Shown piece after piece: positions 27,001-42,000 of a stretch of DNA of 64,000 nt (positions are counted from its first letter, which is position 1; every line of letters starts with the position of its first letter). This DNA comes from Hormiphora californensis (taxonomy: Eukaryota; Animalia; Ctenophora), in NCBI GenBank assembly GCA_020137815.1, contig CM035359.1:3534001-3598000 (forward strand), given 5' to 3'. A program made the translations under genes and the position numbers. Under the pieces are notes generated by a model, which had not been told where the DNA came from, searched no databases, and was given only the letters and a program-made list of their open reading frames with translations.

Positions 27001-30000
27001 GGGTTTAGTTGAGGACATGTTTTGTGCCGGTCTGATCAACCTGGTGGTGGGTTTAGTTGAGGACATGTTTTGTGCCGGTCTGATCAACCTGGGGGTGGGT
27101 TTAGTTGAGGACATGTTTTGTGCCGGTCTGATCAACCTGGGGGTGGGTTTAGTTGAGGACATGTTTTGTGCCGGTCTGATCAACCTGGTGGTGGGTTTAG
27201 TTGAGGACATGTTTTGTGCCGGTCTGATCAACCTGGTGGTGGGTTTAGTTGAGGACATGTTTTGTGCCGGTCTGATCAACCTGGTGGTGGGTTTAGTTGA
27301 GGACATGTTTTGTGCCGGTCTGATCAACCTGGGGGTGGGTTTAGTTGAGGACATGTTTTGTGCCGGTCTGATCAACCTGGTGGTGGGTTTAGTTGAGGAC
27401 ATGTTTTGTGCCGGTCTGATCAACCCCGGAAAACACGAGGTAAACCGCAGCTCCCAACTGCAAATAATCTTGTTTGAGGACGTTTTGTTCGGATAGAGAG
27501 AGAGAGAGTTGAGCAAGGCAAGGAATGAATATTATAAGGAACGGAGGAAGATGTGAAAATGGAAGATCAAGAAAGGTATCAGCTGTGGTACGCTATGTTT
27601 TTCAATGTATCTACAATTTACCTATGTAGGCAGTAACATGTGCACTGACTGGTAGAACAGACAGCTCCTCTACCCGCACACCACTATCACCATTGGTGTC
27701 ACCGTCATCACCCACTGTCACCACGAATGATACACCCACTGTCTGTCCAGCTCGTGTCACCTTGCACCTGGAAGTGGACATGACATATGTTGAATAAAGG
27801 CTTGTAGGATATCAAATGGAAGGAACAAACAAACAAACTCAATCGAGATTCATGAAAGAACCCCCTTGACAGAAATCTGTTTTGCAAGAATGAGCGAATT
27901 TAGTAACTCGGTTAACTACCTATAAACTCCTGTATCACCCGGTCGAGCGTTGCTAACGGCCAGGGTCCTCTGGTTGCTATGGTAACTGACACGGTTGTTA
28001 GGGAGATCGGATCCGTCACGTGACCAAAGGATCAGGTCACCACCCTGGACTCCATTCAGGATAGAAACCTGGAGGGGGATCGTATAAATCAGTAGGGTAT
28101 ACCGGTGTAATTTGGACCACTTTTGGCATTCAACTGGTATTTCAAGAGCCATTTATTTACTTAATCAATTAGTTAGCTACTCAATTTGTGCAACTGGACC
28201 TTTGTCTAGAGCCTGAGAACAAATTTACACCGAAAACATAACTTTTAGATAGCTAATTAACCTTGTTAATGAAGGTAAGTCGGAATATTTTTGATCGCGA
28301 GACACGGGGCAATTTGGACTAGTGGCTTCTACACCAATCACAATGCGCGCATTCAATCACGTGACCGCGACACACCACATTGCCCCAGCTGTACATCTAC
28401 GATGTAAATCAGACCGAGGTTGGGGCTATTTGGACAAACTTAGATTGTAGCCACAGTTTTTGAGATACCGATTTCAAACTTTTCAGTCATCTAGTAATTT
28501 AGTATCCCGTGCTATTCCTTTTTTCAAAATTAGTCAATTAAGTAGTAATTAGCCTAATTAATCAATTAATTAAATGTTCATCAAATCTATATCAATAGGG
28601 TGTATTTTCGAAGGCTCAGGATTAGCCTAGTCGATTAGAAAAAGATTTAATCTAATCCCAAATAGGATTTTTGAGAAAATCGACATCAAAGATCAAAACG
28701 CCACAAATAAAGCTACGGTTTTCAAAGGAATGGTGTCTGTGTTTTCAGGTGCCAACATGTACAATGCCAGAAATTACTATTATGGGGATCCAGTCACGTC
28801 TAATAAATCATGTTAGTAGCCGATTCCCAATCAATGCAATTCCCTGGGGTTACTATAGCAACGGAGTTTGTTACCATAGCAACCGGCGAATTTGCAGTAA
28901 TGTACTATTTTCTTGCTCCAAATTCATGAATATTCACCCATTACATCCGTATTATTAGACTAGGTATCGATTATTTAAACATGATTGTGAGTCACAATGA
29001 GACACCAGACTGCCCTCAGTTACCAGCCAGTCAGTAGCTTTGGTTAGTGTTATCAAATGTATGCCCATTGCTCTAAGTTAGCCTGTAATTAATCCCTTTA
29101 TTCAGTTTTATCAGCTACATAAGGATGATTATCATGATAAAACTACTTTTGGTCATCAAAGCACCAGTCCTAGATATTCTGGAGCACCCCATTAAGTTGG
29201 TTTGTCGAATAACACACCATGGATTGACTTGTCACCTAGGCAACCAGAGAATTGGTTGTAAAATGTGCCTTTTTCTGGTTTTTTGGTCTATTTACTCAGT
29301 TTTAGCCATCTATATTGATTGAATTGGATAATTATGAAAGCAGGTTGTCTATGGTTACCATAGAAACGAGTATAATGGCGCCATGAGGCCAATTTGTCTT
29401 AACCAATTTGCCCCATGGGGTAATTTGGTCTAGTCCAAATTGCCCCATGGGGCAATCTGGTTTATGACCGAATTGCCCCCGATTTTTTCGTCCAAATTGC
29501 CCCAAATTGTCCGAATTGCCCCGCTTCATTAAAATGCTAATTAGCTAATTAAATCGAAAGCTAATGTCATTTTGATGATGAAACTGGATAGAAAAATATC
29601 ATATTGTGAAATTCTGACCCATAATTTAAATAATTATCATAATTAAGTTTACCGAATTATAGTTTAACCCTTTGAGACCGATAGGGTCACCAGTGACCCC
29701 ACGCTAATTATGCATCTAGCGTCTGTCCGAACTAAATCTAAGAAGTTTAAATGGTTTTCCGGGTTAGAATAGACACTTTTTGGCTGTTTTTGGGGTCATT
29801 TTAAGCTTTGAACATCTTAGTTTACTAGAAATGCCAACTCTAAGCCATAAAAGTTGAAATTTTGGTGTAAAGTTGGCCATATCTCTAAAACGGTATAAGT
29901 AAGCCAATAATGGACCTACAAATCAAAAGAAAACCATAGGTTTTACCCCGGTATGAAGTTTCGTGATGATTTGATTAAATTTACAACGCTCAGAGGGCAA

Positions 30001-33000
30001 ATAATGCCGGGGTCACCAGTGACCCTATCGTCCCCTAACGCTAATATAGAAATTTGGATTTTACGTGCATTTCTAAAGGATTTGCCACCGATAAAGGTTC
30101 AAAACGGCATTTTTCAAACGGGTGCTAGCGACTAACCGACTCCATCAGTGTTATCTATACATCTTAGAGAGTCGCTGAAAAATTTTTTGAGATTCGTGCT
30201 CCTTCATAAAAATTTTCATCTCGGCCAATTTGAAATTCTAAAATCGGCTACAGATGAGATACAGAGGTCCATAGGGTGTGTAAAATGTGCAGAATGGCCG
30301 GGTTTATATAAGTGTTATGAAGAAACATAGGGTCTAAAATGAGCGGTTTTCGAGTTATGAGGCAAAATAGCTACGAAATCTCAATTGTTTGCATTCCATT
30401 TGAGACCGATAGGGTCACTGGTGACCCCACAGAAACAAAGTTCGTAGAGATGAGTTTTTTGGTTCTGCTTTCAAGTAGGCTTGTTAGGAGTGTCTCCAGC
30501 AATTTTCAGATATTTCTGTCGATGGCGCCACTATCGGCCCCAAAGGGTTAACTTTAAAGTCGTCATTTTTCGTTATTTCACACTAAACACCACAATTTAA
30601 AAGTCCCATATAAATCACTAATCCACATTGCCCCGTCCTGTGACCACATTGCCCCACCGTCCAAATTACCCCGGTATACCCTACTGAACAAATTGTTAGA
30701 CGGGCGATTGAAATCAGTACTGAACACATTGTTAGACGGGCGATTGTAATCAGTATACTGAACAAATTGTTAGACGGGCGATTGAAATCAGTACTGAACA
30801 CATTGTTAGACGGGCGATTGTAATCAGTACTGAACAACTTGTTAGACGGGCGATTGTAATCAGTACTGAACAACTTGTTAGACGGGCGATTGTAATCAGT
30901 ACTGAACAACTTGTTAGACGGGCGATTGTAATCAGTATACTGAACAACTTGTTAGACGGGTAATTAGTTGAGCTATCATCCGGTAATTAGCAAATTATAA
31001 TTAGTAGTAAATCATCAACCTGAAGTGAAAAAGTTGATCCAGTCTCTATGGAGACATATTCAGGTGATAATCGGGTGACCAGAGATCCCCCTTCTACCAT
31101 CAATCTGACAGATGCACTGTACGATGTGCCTGGAAGTATATCAATTTAGAACATCTTCTACTGCATCTTCTACCGGTTACCATGGTTACAGCATGTGTGA
31201 GGTTACCATGGTTACAGCATGTGTGAGGTTACCATGGTTACAACATATGTGAGGTTACCATGGTTACATCATGTGTGAGGTTACCATGGTTACAGCATAT
31301 GTGAGGTTACCATGGTTACATACCTCTAACAATGGCAATGTAATCCCCACTATCATGTAATGGTTACCATGGTTACAGCCAGGAACCGACCGAATTAAGT
31401 AAACAGCCAATCAGAACTCGTTATTTAGGTCACGTGACTAGTTATCAGCCAATCAGGGACCAGTATTTCCTGATTCGGTCGGTTCCTGGTTACAGCATGT
31501 GTGATTACCATGGTTACAATATGAGTGTTGAGTGACGTAACCATGGTAACTTCAACATACCTCTAACAATGGCCATGTAATCCCCACTATCCCCGTCTGT
31601 AACTTGACCGACCACCAGGTTGGACATTCCACCACTTGAAACCACAGAGAACCGTCCATTGGTGGATAACACCTGATCCCCATTGGGTCGAATCCAGGAG
31701 ATGTCGGTGGAGGGGAGGTTCCGATATGAGACAGAGAGAATCGCTGAGTCACCAACCTGATAGAGATAAAGGGATTAGTTTTGTCAAGTTTCATTATCAT
31801 AGAGACATGAAGACTCGAGATGTTGAGTCTGGTGAAACTTGTTACACCGGCCTGCACCCCCCCCCCCCGCTCTCAGGGCCCCCTCTGTTTCATTCGTTCG
31901 CTGTTCAGCCCAGAATAGTAGCTGGAGAATAACTAAAACTCTGTCAATTAAATCTCACAGTTGTTACCTGGGCTGTTATAACGGGGGCAACAGGGTATAT
32001 CACACCATCTGATCCACCTCCATCAACCACCACCAAATTGATCACAAGGTGACCTGTCCCATACTGGTTCCTAGCTACAATTAATAGTATTGGAGTTAAA
32101 GCAGCTACAAAACGTGTTGGAGTTTGTTAATCAAATAATTAATTAAGTAATTGTTAATTAAAGCAATACATAGTTCTGAGAGCTCTACAAAAAGTAACAT
32201 AGGTACTTACCAACTAAAGAGAAACAGTACTAATACTTACCAGTCACATTGAAGTAGGATGTATCACCAACAGTCACCCTCCCAATTCTCATGACCGTCC
32301 TGTCTTCACTGACAGTAAAGGGGGAACCTGCCAAGAAACGGAGAAATTACGGGAAAATAGGGAAAGGATTGGGGTTGTAGACTAATTGTTTAGTGCTGAG
32401 TTAGCCAGTTTGCCCAAACTAGCCCTTCCTACCTACACGTACCTGATATAGATCGATGCCAAATTATCGTGTTTGTATCGGGGTTGCCATGGTAACCAAC
32501 TTGAACCATCAACGATCCACCCGATTCCACAAACACCGTGCTCTCTAATTTTGGAGAAAAAAAAGTTCAGTTATATTCATTGCCAAGTGAGAATCCGACT
32601 CCAATGATTCCCCGAATTGATAGATCAGAGCTGCTCAAACTCTCTGATTGAATACCTGGGTGACTCCGTAGATAAACAATAGGTTTGAATGTCTCCGTCT
32701 CCATAGTAACCACTCTGGACTGTCTACTATCCACTTCACCCCCGTTAACCCGGCACCAAACAGTAGCCTCCCCCTCGGCCAGGGATGGCATTGTGAGCTG
32801 TGAACTTAGCTTATCTGATGCCTGATCAGTGAGGGATGGAGCTAGAGAAGGGTTAGGGTGTGACAAACTCCCCCTCCGAAGGGTATACTTATCACCTTAT
32901 AATATGTCTGCAAACTAAAAAATATCAGAAGTGTGATTAGTGAATGAGTTACAATTTTCAAATTCCCTGCAGGTTGAGCAAGCTGCAACTGTAGCTTTGT

Positions 33001-36000
33001 GTTACCATGGTTACCGTGTTTGAGAGAAAGATCCCAGATTCAGGGTATTTCGTAGTGTCCCCCGAGTATGGACCACGGATAACCATCCATTCAATATCGT
33101 GAACCTAACCAGGGAAGTGAATTGTTCATACATTATAGGTGATGAACGTGGATAAATTCTTGAATCAGCGGTTAGCCATCAGTGAATCCTCGTTACCAAG
33201 GATAGGAAGGGGTCAGGAACCGACCGACACAAGTAAGCAACCAATCAGAACTCGTTATTTAGGTCACGTGGCTGATTTTCAGCCAATCAGGGACCAGTAT
33301 TTCCTGATTCGGTCGGTTCCTGGAAGGAGTGCATTATCATCACAAACAGCCCCGTGTTATAATACCTGGTAGCTAGGTGATTGGAGAAGGGAACATGTTA
33401 CAGTTGCTGCTTCACCCTCGGGCACTATAACACTGGCTTCTGGTTGCCGTAGAAACACTGGAACACTCTTCACAACTAGGGGGAGGAACAGTAGTGAAAC
33501 AGTAATGGAACAGTTATACTAGTGGAACAGTAGCTGTGGTTCCCCTTCTAAATTCTATCCCGGTCTGTTTCTCTCATTAGAGTCGCTTTATTTTATCTTT
33601 CATTCTACCTAAACCCGTGTTTTCGCACCCCTAGTTACCATAGTTACCATTCATTACAGTTACCAAGGGATGCTCCTAGTTACCCCATAGTTACCAAGGG
33701 ATGCCCCTAGTTACCCCATAGTTACCAAGGGATGCCCATAGTTACCAAGGGATGCCCCTAGTTACCCCATAGTTACCAAGGGATGCCCTTAGTTACCCCA
33801 TAGTTACCAAGGGATGCTCCTAGTTACCCCATAGTTACCAAGGGATGCCCCTAGTTACCCCATAGTTACCAAGGGATGCCCCTAGTTACTCCATAGTTAC
33901 CAAGGGATGCCCCTAGTTACCCCATAGTTACCAAGGGATGCCTCTAGTTACCCCATAGTTACCAAGGGATGCTGAGGCGGTGACTGATGATCCCTGGGTA
34001 GTCCGGACAATAACCTGGTAGACCCCCTCGTCCCCACTGCCAACCTCACTAATCCGAAACTCTCCCTCGTTCTGACAATGGTCACCATGGTAACAAATAA
34101 ACTCTCCCTCGTCACCATGGTAACAGGGTGTTAGCATGATGTCATCATGATGATGACAAAGTAACTAATCGCCTAGTAATATTACATACAAAAGCTAGCC
34201 AAATATTAATTAATGAAGTACAGTAGAAATTGTGAGAGAGTACAGCTGCACAGGAGTGCCGGAGGGGAGAGAAAAGGGGGGATGGGGGTAGAAAAGGGGG
34301 GGAGGGGAGAGAAAAGGGGAGAATAGGGGGAGAAAAAAAGGGGGGGGGGAAGGGAGAGAGAAAAGGGAGCTGAGACACCTCTTACCTGATTGAAAGTGAA
34401 ATAGTATCGGTATGATGATAACAGCTGCGTTCCATCTTTATACCACTGAACGCTTGACACTAAACTGGTAACACTCTGCAATCGCGGCACTGTTAGGAAA
34501 CCCCGACCACTAACAACAGCACTAAAACTGTAATCATTGGAGGGGGAAAATGATTCCAGTTTTATAGTTCATTTATTAGTGCCTTTGTTAGTGCTTTTGT
34601 GAATCAGAAGTTTGTCAAAAATGCCAAAATATATATAAAAAAGGAAAAAATCAAGTTACGGTTCTCCTAGTTGGCAGATTTCAACAATTTGCCCAAATCT
34701 AACCAACAATCGGATACACACAAAAATTTGGTTCTTGGTAGAAAAATGACCATTTTAACGATTGGCACTAGTGCCAAATTCCTATCTCAACGTTTTCAAT
34801 GATTTAGGGGCCAAAAACTTCGAAAAAATGGCAAATAATAAACTTTTAACCATTTTCCGGTCATTTTAGAGACGTGCAAAAATAGGTGGGGGTGATCTAC
34901 TGATCTATATCGTGTGCAAACTCATTATAAAATTCCCGGAACAAAATTTGTAGGCTTTGGACAGATTATTCCCGCACTGTAGCGCCATTCTGTAGACCCT
35001 CAGATACTACGTAGAAGTGGTGGTTTCCCGTACTAGCATGCTAGGTACCAGGCACGCCGTGATATAATATAGCGTCTAAACGAAATAAGTTGCACACTTC
35101 CCGTTTGTTTCAATGTACAGTCGGACCCCGATTTACCGGAATCCCGATTTACCGGGAGAATAAACGTCCCCCGACAGATGAAATTAACGGAATTTGACCC
35201 CGATTTTCCGGGCAATACCCTTTCCCCCGAGCATCCCGGTAAATCGGGGTCCGACTGTATTGGCATTTTGGTTTGGTTTGGGCCGCTCATCTGGGACTGT
35301 AAACAGTCACACAGCCAAGTCTCGCCGAACAGGCGAGACAGCATAGTGCCAGATCATCCTTTCGGAATCACCACCAGATCGTCTTCTGTCTGTCGTCGGT
35401 AAAAGAATATGAAATAATACTTCTAGATCGTAAAACTTAATTCTTCTCAGTGAAATTTTAACACGACCTAGCATGCGACGGGAAACCACCACTTGTACGT
35501 GGTAGCTGAGGGTCTACAGAATGGCGCTACGGTGCGGGAAAAAACATTCCATTCCCTAAAATCTTTTTTTTTTACTTTTATTTGATTTGGGTCAAAATTG
35601 GCTATATTAAACGTGGTCCCGAAAAATCCATAATGACTTAGCACACGAAATATGTCACCCCCACCTATTTTTGCACGTAGAATCGATTGCCGTTGAAGTC
35701 GAATCTCTAAAATGACTTTAAAATGGTCAAAAGTTGATTTTTACCATTTTTTGGAGGTTTTTGGCCCCTAAACCATTGAAAACGTTGAGATAGGGATTTG
35801 AAACTAGTGCCAATCGTTAAAATGGTCATTTTTCTACCAAGAACCAAGTTTTCGTGTATATCCGATTTATGGTTAGATTTGGGCAAATTGTTGAAATCTG
35901 CCAACTAGGAGAACCGTAACTTGATTTTCTTGTTTTTTGGATTTTGGCATTTTTGACAAACTTCTGATTGAAATGGTCAATCGGGACCATGCTTAAGTTG

Positions 36001-39000
36001 TTTATGGGACAATTTTCGACTAAAATCCAAGATTTCATACCAATCCAATAACAGATCGTTGATTTATAGAAAATTTAAGTAGGCAAAACGGTCAAAATAG
36101 ACAAACTTTTCTTGCTTATTTTCACCGTTTTGCCTACTTAAATTTTCTATAAATCAACGATCTGTTATTGGATTGGTATGAAATCTTGGACTTTAGTCGA
36201 AAATTGTCCCATAAACAACTTAAGCATGGTCCCGATTGACCATTTCAATCAGAAGTTTGTCAAAAATGCCAAAATCCAAAAAACAAGAAAATCAAGTTAC
36301 GGTTCTCCTAGTTGGCAGATTTCAACAATTTGCCCAAATCTAACCATAAATCGGATATACACGAAAACTTGGTTCTTGGTAGAAAAATGACCATTTTAAC
36401 GATTGGCACTAGTTTCAAATCCCTATCTCAACGTTTTCAATGGTTTAGGGGCCAAAACCCTCCAAAAATGGTAAAAAATCAACTTTTGACCATTTTACAG
36501 TCATTTTAGAGATTTGACTTCAACGGCAATCGATTCTACGTGCAAAAATAGGTGGGGGTGACATATTTCGTGTGCTAAGTCATTATGGATTTTTCGGGAC
36601 CACGTTTAATATAGCCAATTTTGACCCAAATCAAATAAAAGTAAAAAAAAAGATTTTAGGGAATGGAATGTTTTTTCCCGCACCGTAGCGCCATTCTGTA
36701 GACCCTCAGCTACCACGTACAAGTGGTGGTTTCCCGTCGCATGCTAGGTCGTGTTAAAATTTCACCAGGCACGCCGTGAGTAAGTGGATTTATTGTGATC
36801 ATCTTGAAACTAGAAATGAAGACATTGGTTTACAAAATTTTGTGAGCGAGTGAATTGTACAAATTATGAATGAAACCATGAACGGGTTTAGAATGAAAAC
36901 ATTGAATCAGTGAATTGATTGTGATCTTCTTGAAACTAGAAATGAAAATATTGGTTTACAAAATTTTGTGAGCGATTCTGGTGAGCGAGTATAATTGGTG
37001 AGCAAGTATAATTTATGAGCGGAAAGTGTGCGGGCCAATATTGTATCGAGTATTGGTGAGCGGAATGTTTGTATACTAATACTGCGACTTGTTGAGTGAG
37101 CGTTTTAGTATAATAGGGGATTTATGAATATAATTTTATAAACAACTACGTAGTTTTTGGCATATAGTATTATATATTCTTTATAAGTATACTTTATATA
37201 AGTATACTCTATATAAGTATTCTTTATAAGTATTCTTTATAGCATTTTTTTCGAGTGAAGCTCGAGTGGAAATGATATTTACAGACATTTTCTACCATAT
37301 AATGTGGACATTTTTCCATCTATATCAGTCTGTTATCTCATCTGGACAGTTATGTGAGCCGAGAGTGTTTAAATCAGTTTAATTCAGTGTTTTGGGTCTA
37401 CCATTTTTTGATATACGTCTTTAAGTAACCGCTCAGATCGCCTCTCAGTGTCAGTGTCAGTTCTACTACTGTAGTAGAACTGACACTGTAACACTGGCCC
37501 TGTGAGGTAAGGGCGGCATATAAATAGACATATTATTATTATTATAATTATTAAGTAGCGAGCTTGTAATTTGATTTTAAAGCTTGTAATTTGATTTTAA
37601 AGCTTGTAATTTGATTTTAAACAACTACGTATTAACTACGAGGGCGATTCAACCAGTGAGAGGGGGGCCCACTCACTGGTTGAATCAGGGGGCATACTTA
37701 TTCAGCCACTAAAATAGCGTTACCTACGTCCTCTACAACTTCAATATATTAATGATCTCCCCGCTCCCTTTCACCTTACTAGCTTGTTAGTTGTTATGTG
37801 AAGGCGATTGGTCGGAGATTTATATTAGTAGTATTATATCTTTATAAGTAGCGAGCTTGTAATTTGATTTTCTGATTTTATGCTCTAAAAGCACAGAATG
37901 GTTATGCTTCATAAAATAATACAGTCGGACCCCGATTTAGTGGCCCCAGGTTTAGTGGCACCCCGATTTAGTGGCAGGATTACCGATATCTTCCCCCGAT
38001 ATAGGAAATTAAAAGTATATTTGACCCCAATTTAGTGGATACCCCGATTTAGTGGACAAACCCCTTTCCCCCGGGATGCCACTAAATCGGGGTCCGACTG
38101 TAAAGGTACAGTGCGTTTTTGTTGTTGAGATATATCGCCCACGAGGTATGATGGTTATGCTTCAAAATATAAAACTATAAACCGCAATCCCCGTTATTCT
38201 TTTGTTGGCGTCGGAATTATATTAACTATTTTTTGCGGAGAAGACTACATGGCATTTGAAGGAGAAGACTACAGTTTTTGCAGGAGAACACTACAATTAA
38301 CAATCTTCTCGAATATTTGATACAGCTTTTTGCAGTTGAAACATATGATCACACCACTACTACTACTATCCCGCCTTTATATCGTGATCAACACTGAACC
38401 ATGTCCAATCACCCCGGTTAACGGGTTCATGAAGAGGGTCTGTGGGACTGATACGTACCAGTGCATATCTCCAGAAATGTGACATACACAGCCGTGAGAC
38501 GTCCCAACTTGCTGACCCGAAAGCCTACATGACTCTTAGCAGATCTTGTCCGGTTGATCCAGCAAGTTACCAAGCCTGTGGTTTAGGATACCTATCATTC
38601 ACCAATCCTTACGCCTTTGATTTTGATCTTCTCGCGTCTCCACCGTATTGTGATACTTGTGTCCCAGGTTTCATCAAGCTCTTGGCATTCAGACGAGCCC
38701 ATGTCACACCAGCGAGGAAACACATTGGAAATAATTGAACTGGAGGGCTTGTATTCCGTGGGGATTTATAACGGATCAGCATGTGATTTAATCTGCGATG
38801 ACATCCCCTTGGAGCTTCCGCGGATAATCTTGGGGATCATGGTATCACAAACGATTGGTGCTTTGATGAGGTCCAGTGTGGAGGACGTATTTACGGGATT
38901 CGATGTGAATATGGATATATACCCTCCATCATGCCCTTACAAGACATGTCTAGAAGTATCTCCATTAACCATCCCGGTAAGAGCTGGCATATGATTTAGG

Positions 39001-42000
39001 GTAAACGTTTTGACCAAATAGCGTCCCATAGTAATACAACGAAGTAAAACAACTACGTATTTGGTCCCATAGTAATAGGTAATTGGTACCAAACTTACAA
39101 ACTTGGAACTTAAATTTTATGTAGTAAGCTCCTTCAGTCAGATTTTATTTCTGCACTTAGTAAGACTTTCGTAATTCATCAAGTTTTTATTACTCTCACA
39201 GGGCACGTAAACACACACGGGTATTTGTAGTAATACTGATGAGATTTTGAGGCAATGGAACGATAGCACCTGGGAAGAAGTTTTCCACTTTTCAATGGAA
39301 GTCGATGCTTCCCATTTCAGTTTCGAAACCCAATGAGGGCCCCCGATATGCCATACCTCAAAAGTGGGCTGGACCAGACCAACTGCAGTGATCCGGCAAG
39401 AGTTGCTGGAAAGTGTCTGATAAGAGGCTACCCAAGCACCGTGTCCACTCTGATGACATGTCTCCCTGGAATGCCCGGTGTTTGCGATGACCAACTAGAT
39501 CTTAAGTGTGTCGAGTTGGGCGGCTTCTGTCTAACTCATGACGAGGCCACCACTACCTGCCCAGGACGAGGTAACCACTCCCGAACTACTTTTTCCTTAA
39601 TCCCCACTGTGCCTTGGTCCCACGAATATGTATTTTCCATGGTTCAATATCCCCGGCGTCGTCCTAAACTCGTTCTATGGGGTTGGTGTGACCTTGGTTT
39701 GGATTCGAGCACACATCAGACCGGGGATCCCTAGATTAATGACGTGTGACCATAGCGAAGACATTTATCACCGCCGATTGCTTTTGCCTCGTTCCTGGGG
39801 CCACCGTTCATGACAGGCCTTGCAAGGTTAGGAGGTCAGACAATTCGCAACGGGTGAGTATTCCGGCGGTATATCCCGAGGACAAAAACCGTAAAGGGTT
39901 GGGATTTTTCATTATGTTTTTAATTACTTTTCTTAGTTATGATGAAAGGATAATTGGCAGCCCGTTTGTAGCTGTTCTGTACCTATGTATTTACACTGAC
40001 TCCTTCCTGCTATAATTCTTTCTTGTGTAACAGGAGGAAGCAAAGTTTTAGAAGAGCGAAATCGGTTGTGTTTTTTTCTGCTCTTGAATCCGCGAGTTTT
40101 TCTGACACTCACAATTAACATGTCTTTTCACGAAACCACGAGTCCCCTATAACATTGAAAAAGTGTAAACGTATTTTTCACAATATCGTTCTTTGGTCCT
40201 CACAAATGTGCCATCCGTGAGACGGAGATAGAAAAAAAGGTAAAGAAAGGACAGCCGATTTCTCCTCCGCCAGCTTACGACCGCCGGTGCGGGAGACGGA
40301 TGGGAAGCGAGGGAGAGAAAAGGGCGGCGGAGGGAAAGAGAGTATTGCGTTTCCCGATGGAAAGAGAGGTTAGAAGCGGGACGAGGACAGGGATGAGGGG
40401 CTAAGGAAGAGCGAAAAGGAGATGAAGTATTAGACCAGCTGCGTTGTAGCGAAGGTAAGGTAGAAAAGAGTTCTAAGAGAAAGGGCAATGAACATAAATG
40501 AACAAAGAGTAAGAGACGGGAGGTGAAAATGACGAGAGATATAATGAGAGGAGGGAGAACAGAACACGGAGAGGGCGAGAAGAAAAAGGAGAAGGAGAAG
40601 TAGAGGAGAGTGAGGGGAAAGAAATGAAGTAGAGGAGTCGAGAAGGCGGGAGATGTTGAGAAAGCAAGTGTAGCCCGCAAGGAACAGGGTAACAATAGTA
40701 ACCAAAAGTAAGAAGTTATCTCGTAGTCTGAATATCAGCAGAACGTGGACAAGGAGAGGGCCTAGCGGAAGGGGAGAAAAAAGGAGTAGGGGACCAACTG
40801 AGGGATGAGGGACATAGTAGTTGGTAACCGATAAAGATATAGAGTACGAAAGCGTGGGAAAGGAGGGAGTCTACGGCAAATGAAGATGAGATTAAAAGAA
40901 GAAAAGAGAATGAGGAGATGACAGGGAGGTGAGTACGGCTGGAAGAACATAGGGCAGGGAGTAGGAAGGGGAGGGACGAGAGGGCGCGTAAAGGTTACAA
41001 GAATACACACAGCGTAGCTCGGGACAAGTGTTGTAAAAAAAATGGGAGGGGTAAAGGGTGGAAATAGAGGAAGAAAGCGGAGTGAGAGTTGAGGAAGAAG
41101 GGGATTGAACGTGGCGTGAATGGAGGATGTGACAGAATTAACGGGGAAAGTGGGAGTGGAAGAGGAGAATAGTACAATAAAAGAAGTGGAGAAAGAACTG
41201 CATAAGTTAAGGGGGCGCGGAGAAGTAGAAACATGGACAGTAAAGGATGAAGCAACCAAGGGGAAGAGTAAAAGGCGGGGCTAGTCATTGACGCAGAGAG
41301 GAGGAAAGAAAGGAAAACAGAGTTGGATGAAGAGGAGGAGGCGAAGAGTGTTGGAGTAGGGGAACGGTAATCAAATGTAGCGGGAGGGGGGGTAAGGCAA
41401 AGGAAGCATAGAGAAAGGAAGGGCATCAAGTAGGAGAAAGTAGTAAAAGGGGAAGTAGAAAAAACTTTGGAAGAGTAGGGAGCTGAAGTTGAGTAGAAAG
41501 GGAATAGTTGATGGCTGGGAAATCCACTAGGAGAACGTAGACGGTAGAGTGAGGGAAAGAAGAATGAGTAAAAGGGTAGGGGAAAAGGGGAATGTAGAGG
41601 GCAGTTATAGAAGATTAGAAAAGAGAGGAGATTACTGAGTTGGAAAAGAAGGTCAATGGGAAGGGTAAGGCGAGGAGTGGGCGGCGAAGAGATGAGGGGA
41701 GTGGGAGGGGGTAAGAGAGGCAGAAGGGGTGGAAAGTTTAGAATAGGAACAAATAAGTTTCACAAATCCCCATTCTGTTTACCAGGCTTGGAAACGTCAA
41801 GAGATCAACTCTTTAAAGCCCAGTGCAGTACAGTGACTCTATTTGATAAAGTTCCGTTTGGGGTGACGCCTCGACAGGGCTTGATAGATACTAAGAGCTA
41901 CGCAGACTGTAGATATCTCTATGGTGAGCCGTATACATTTGCTGCTTGTAATGGTCTGTGCGATGTGCCTTGTCCACGAAACCAATCAATTCACGTACAG

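Noticed and set aside
26753-27516. 247-aa and 207-aa repeat ORFs
   Set aside because: They are translations of the 48-bp minisatellite; in the host exon frame each unit gives GGT TGA (stop).
40147-41429. Minus-strand Phe/Leu/Ser/Pro-rich ORFs
   Set aside because: Expected from a pyrimidine-rich strand that lacks stop codons; no recognisable domain.
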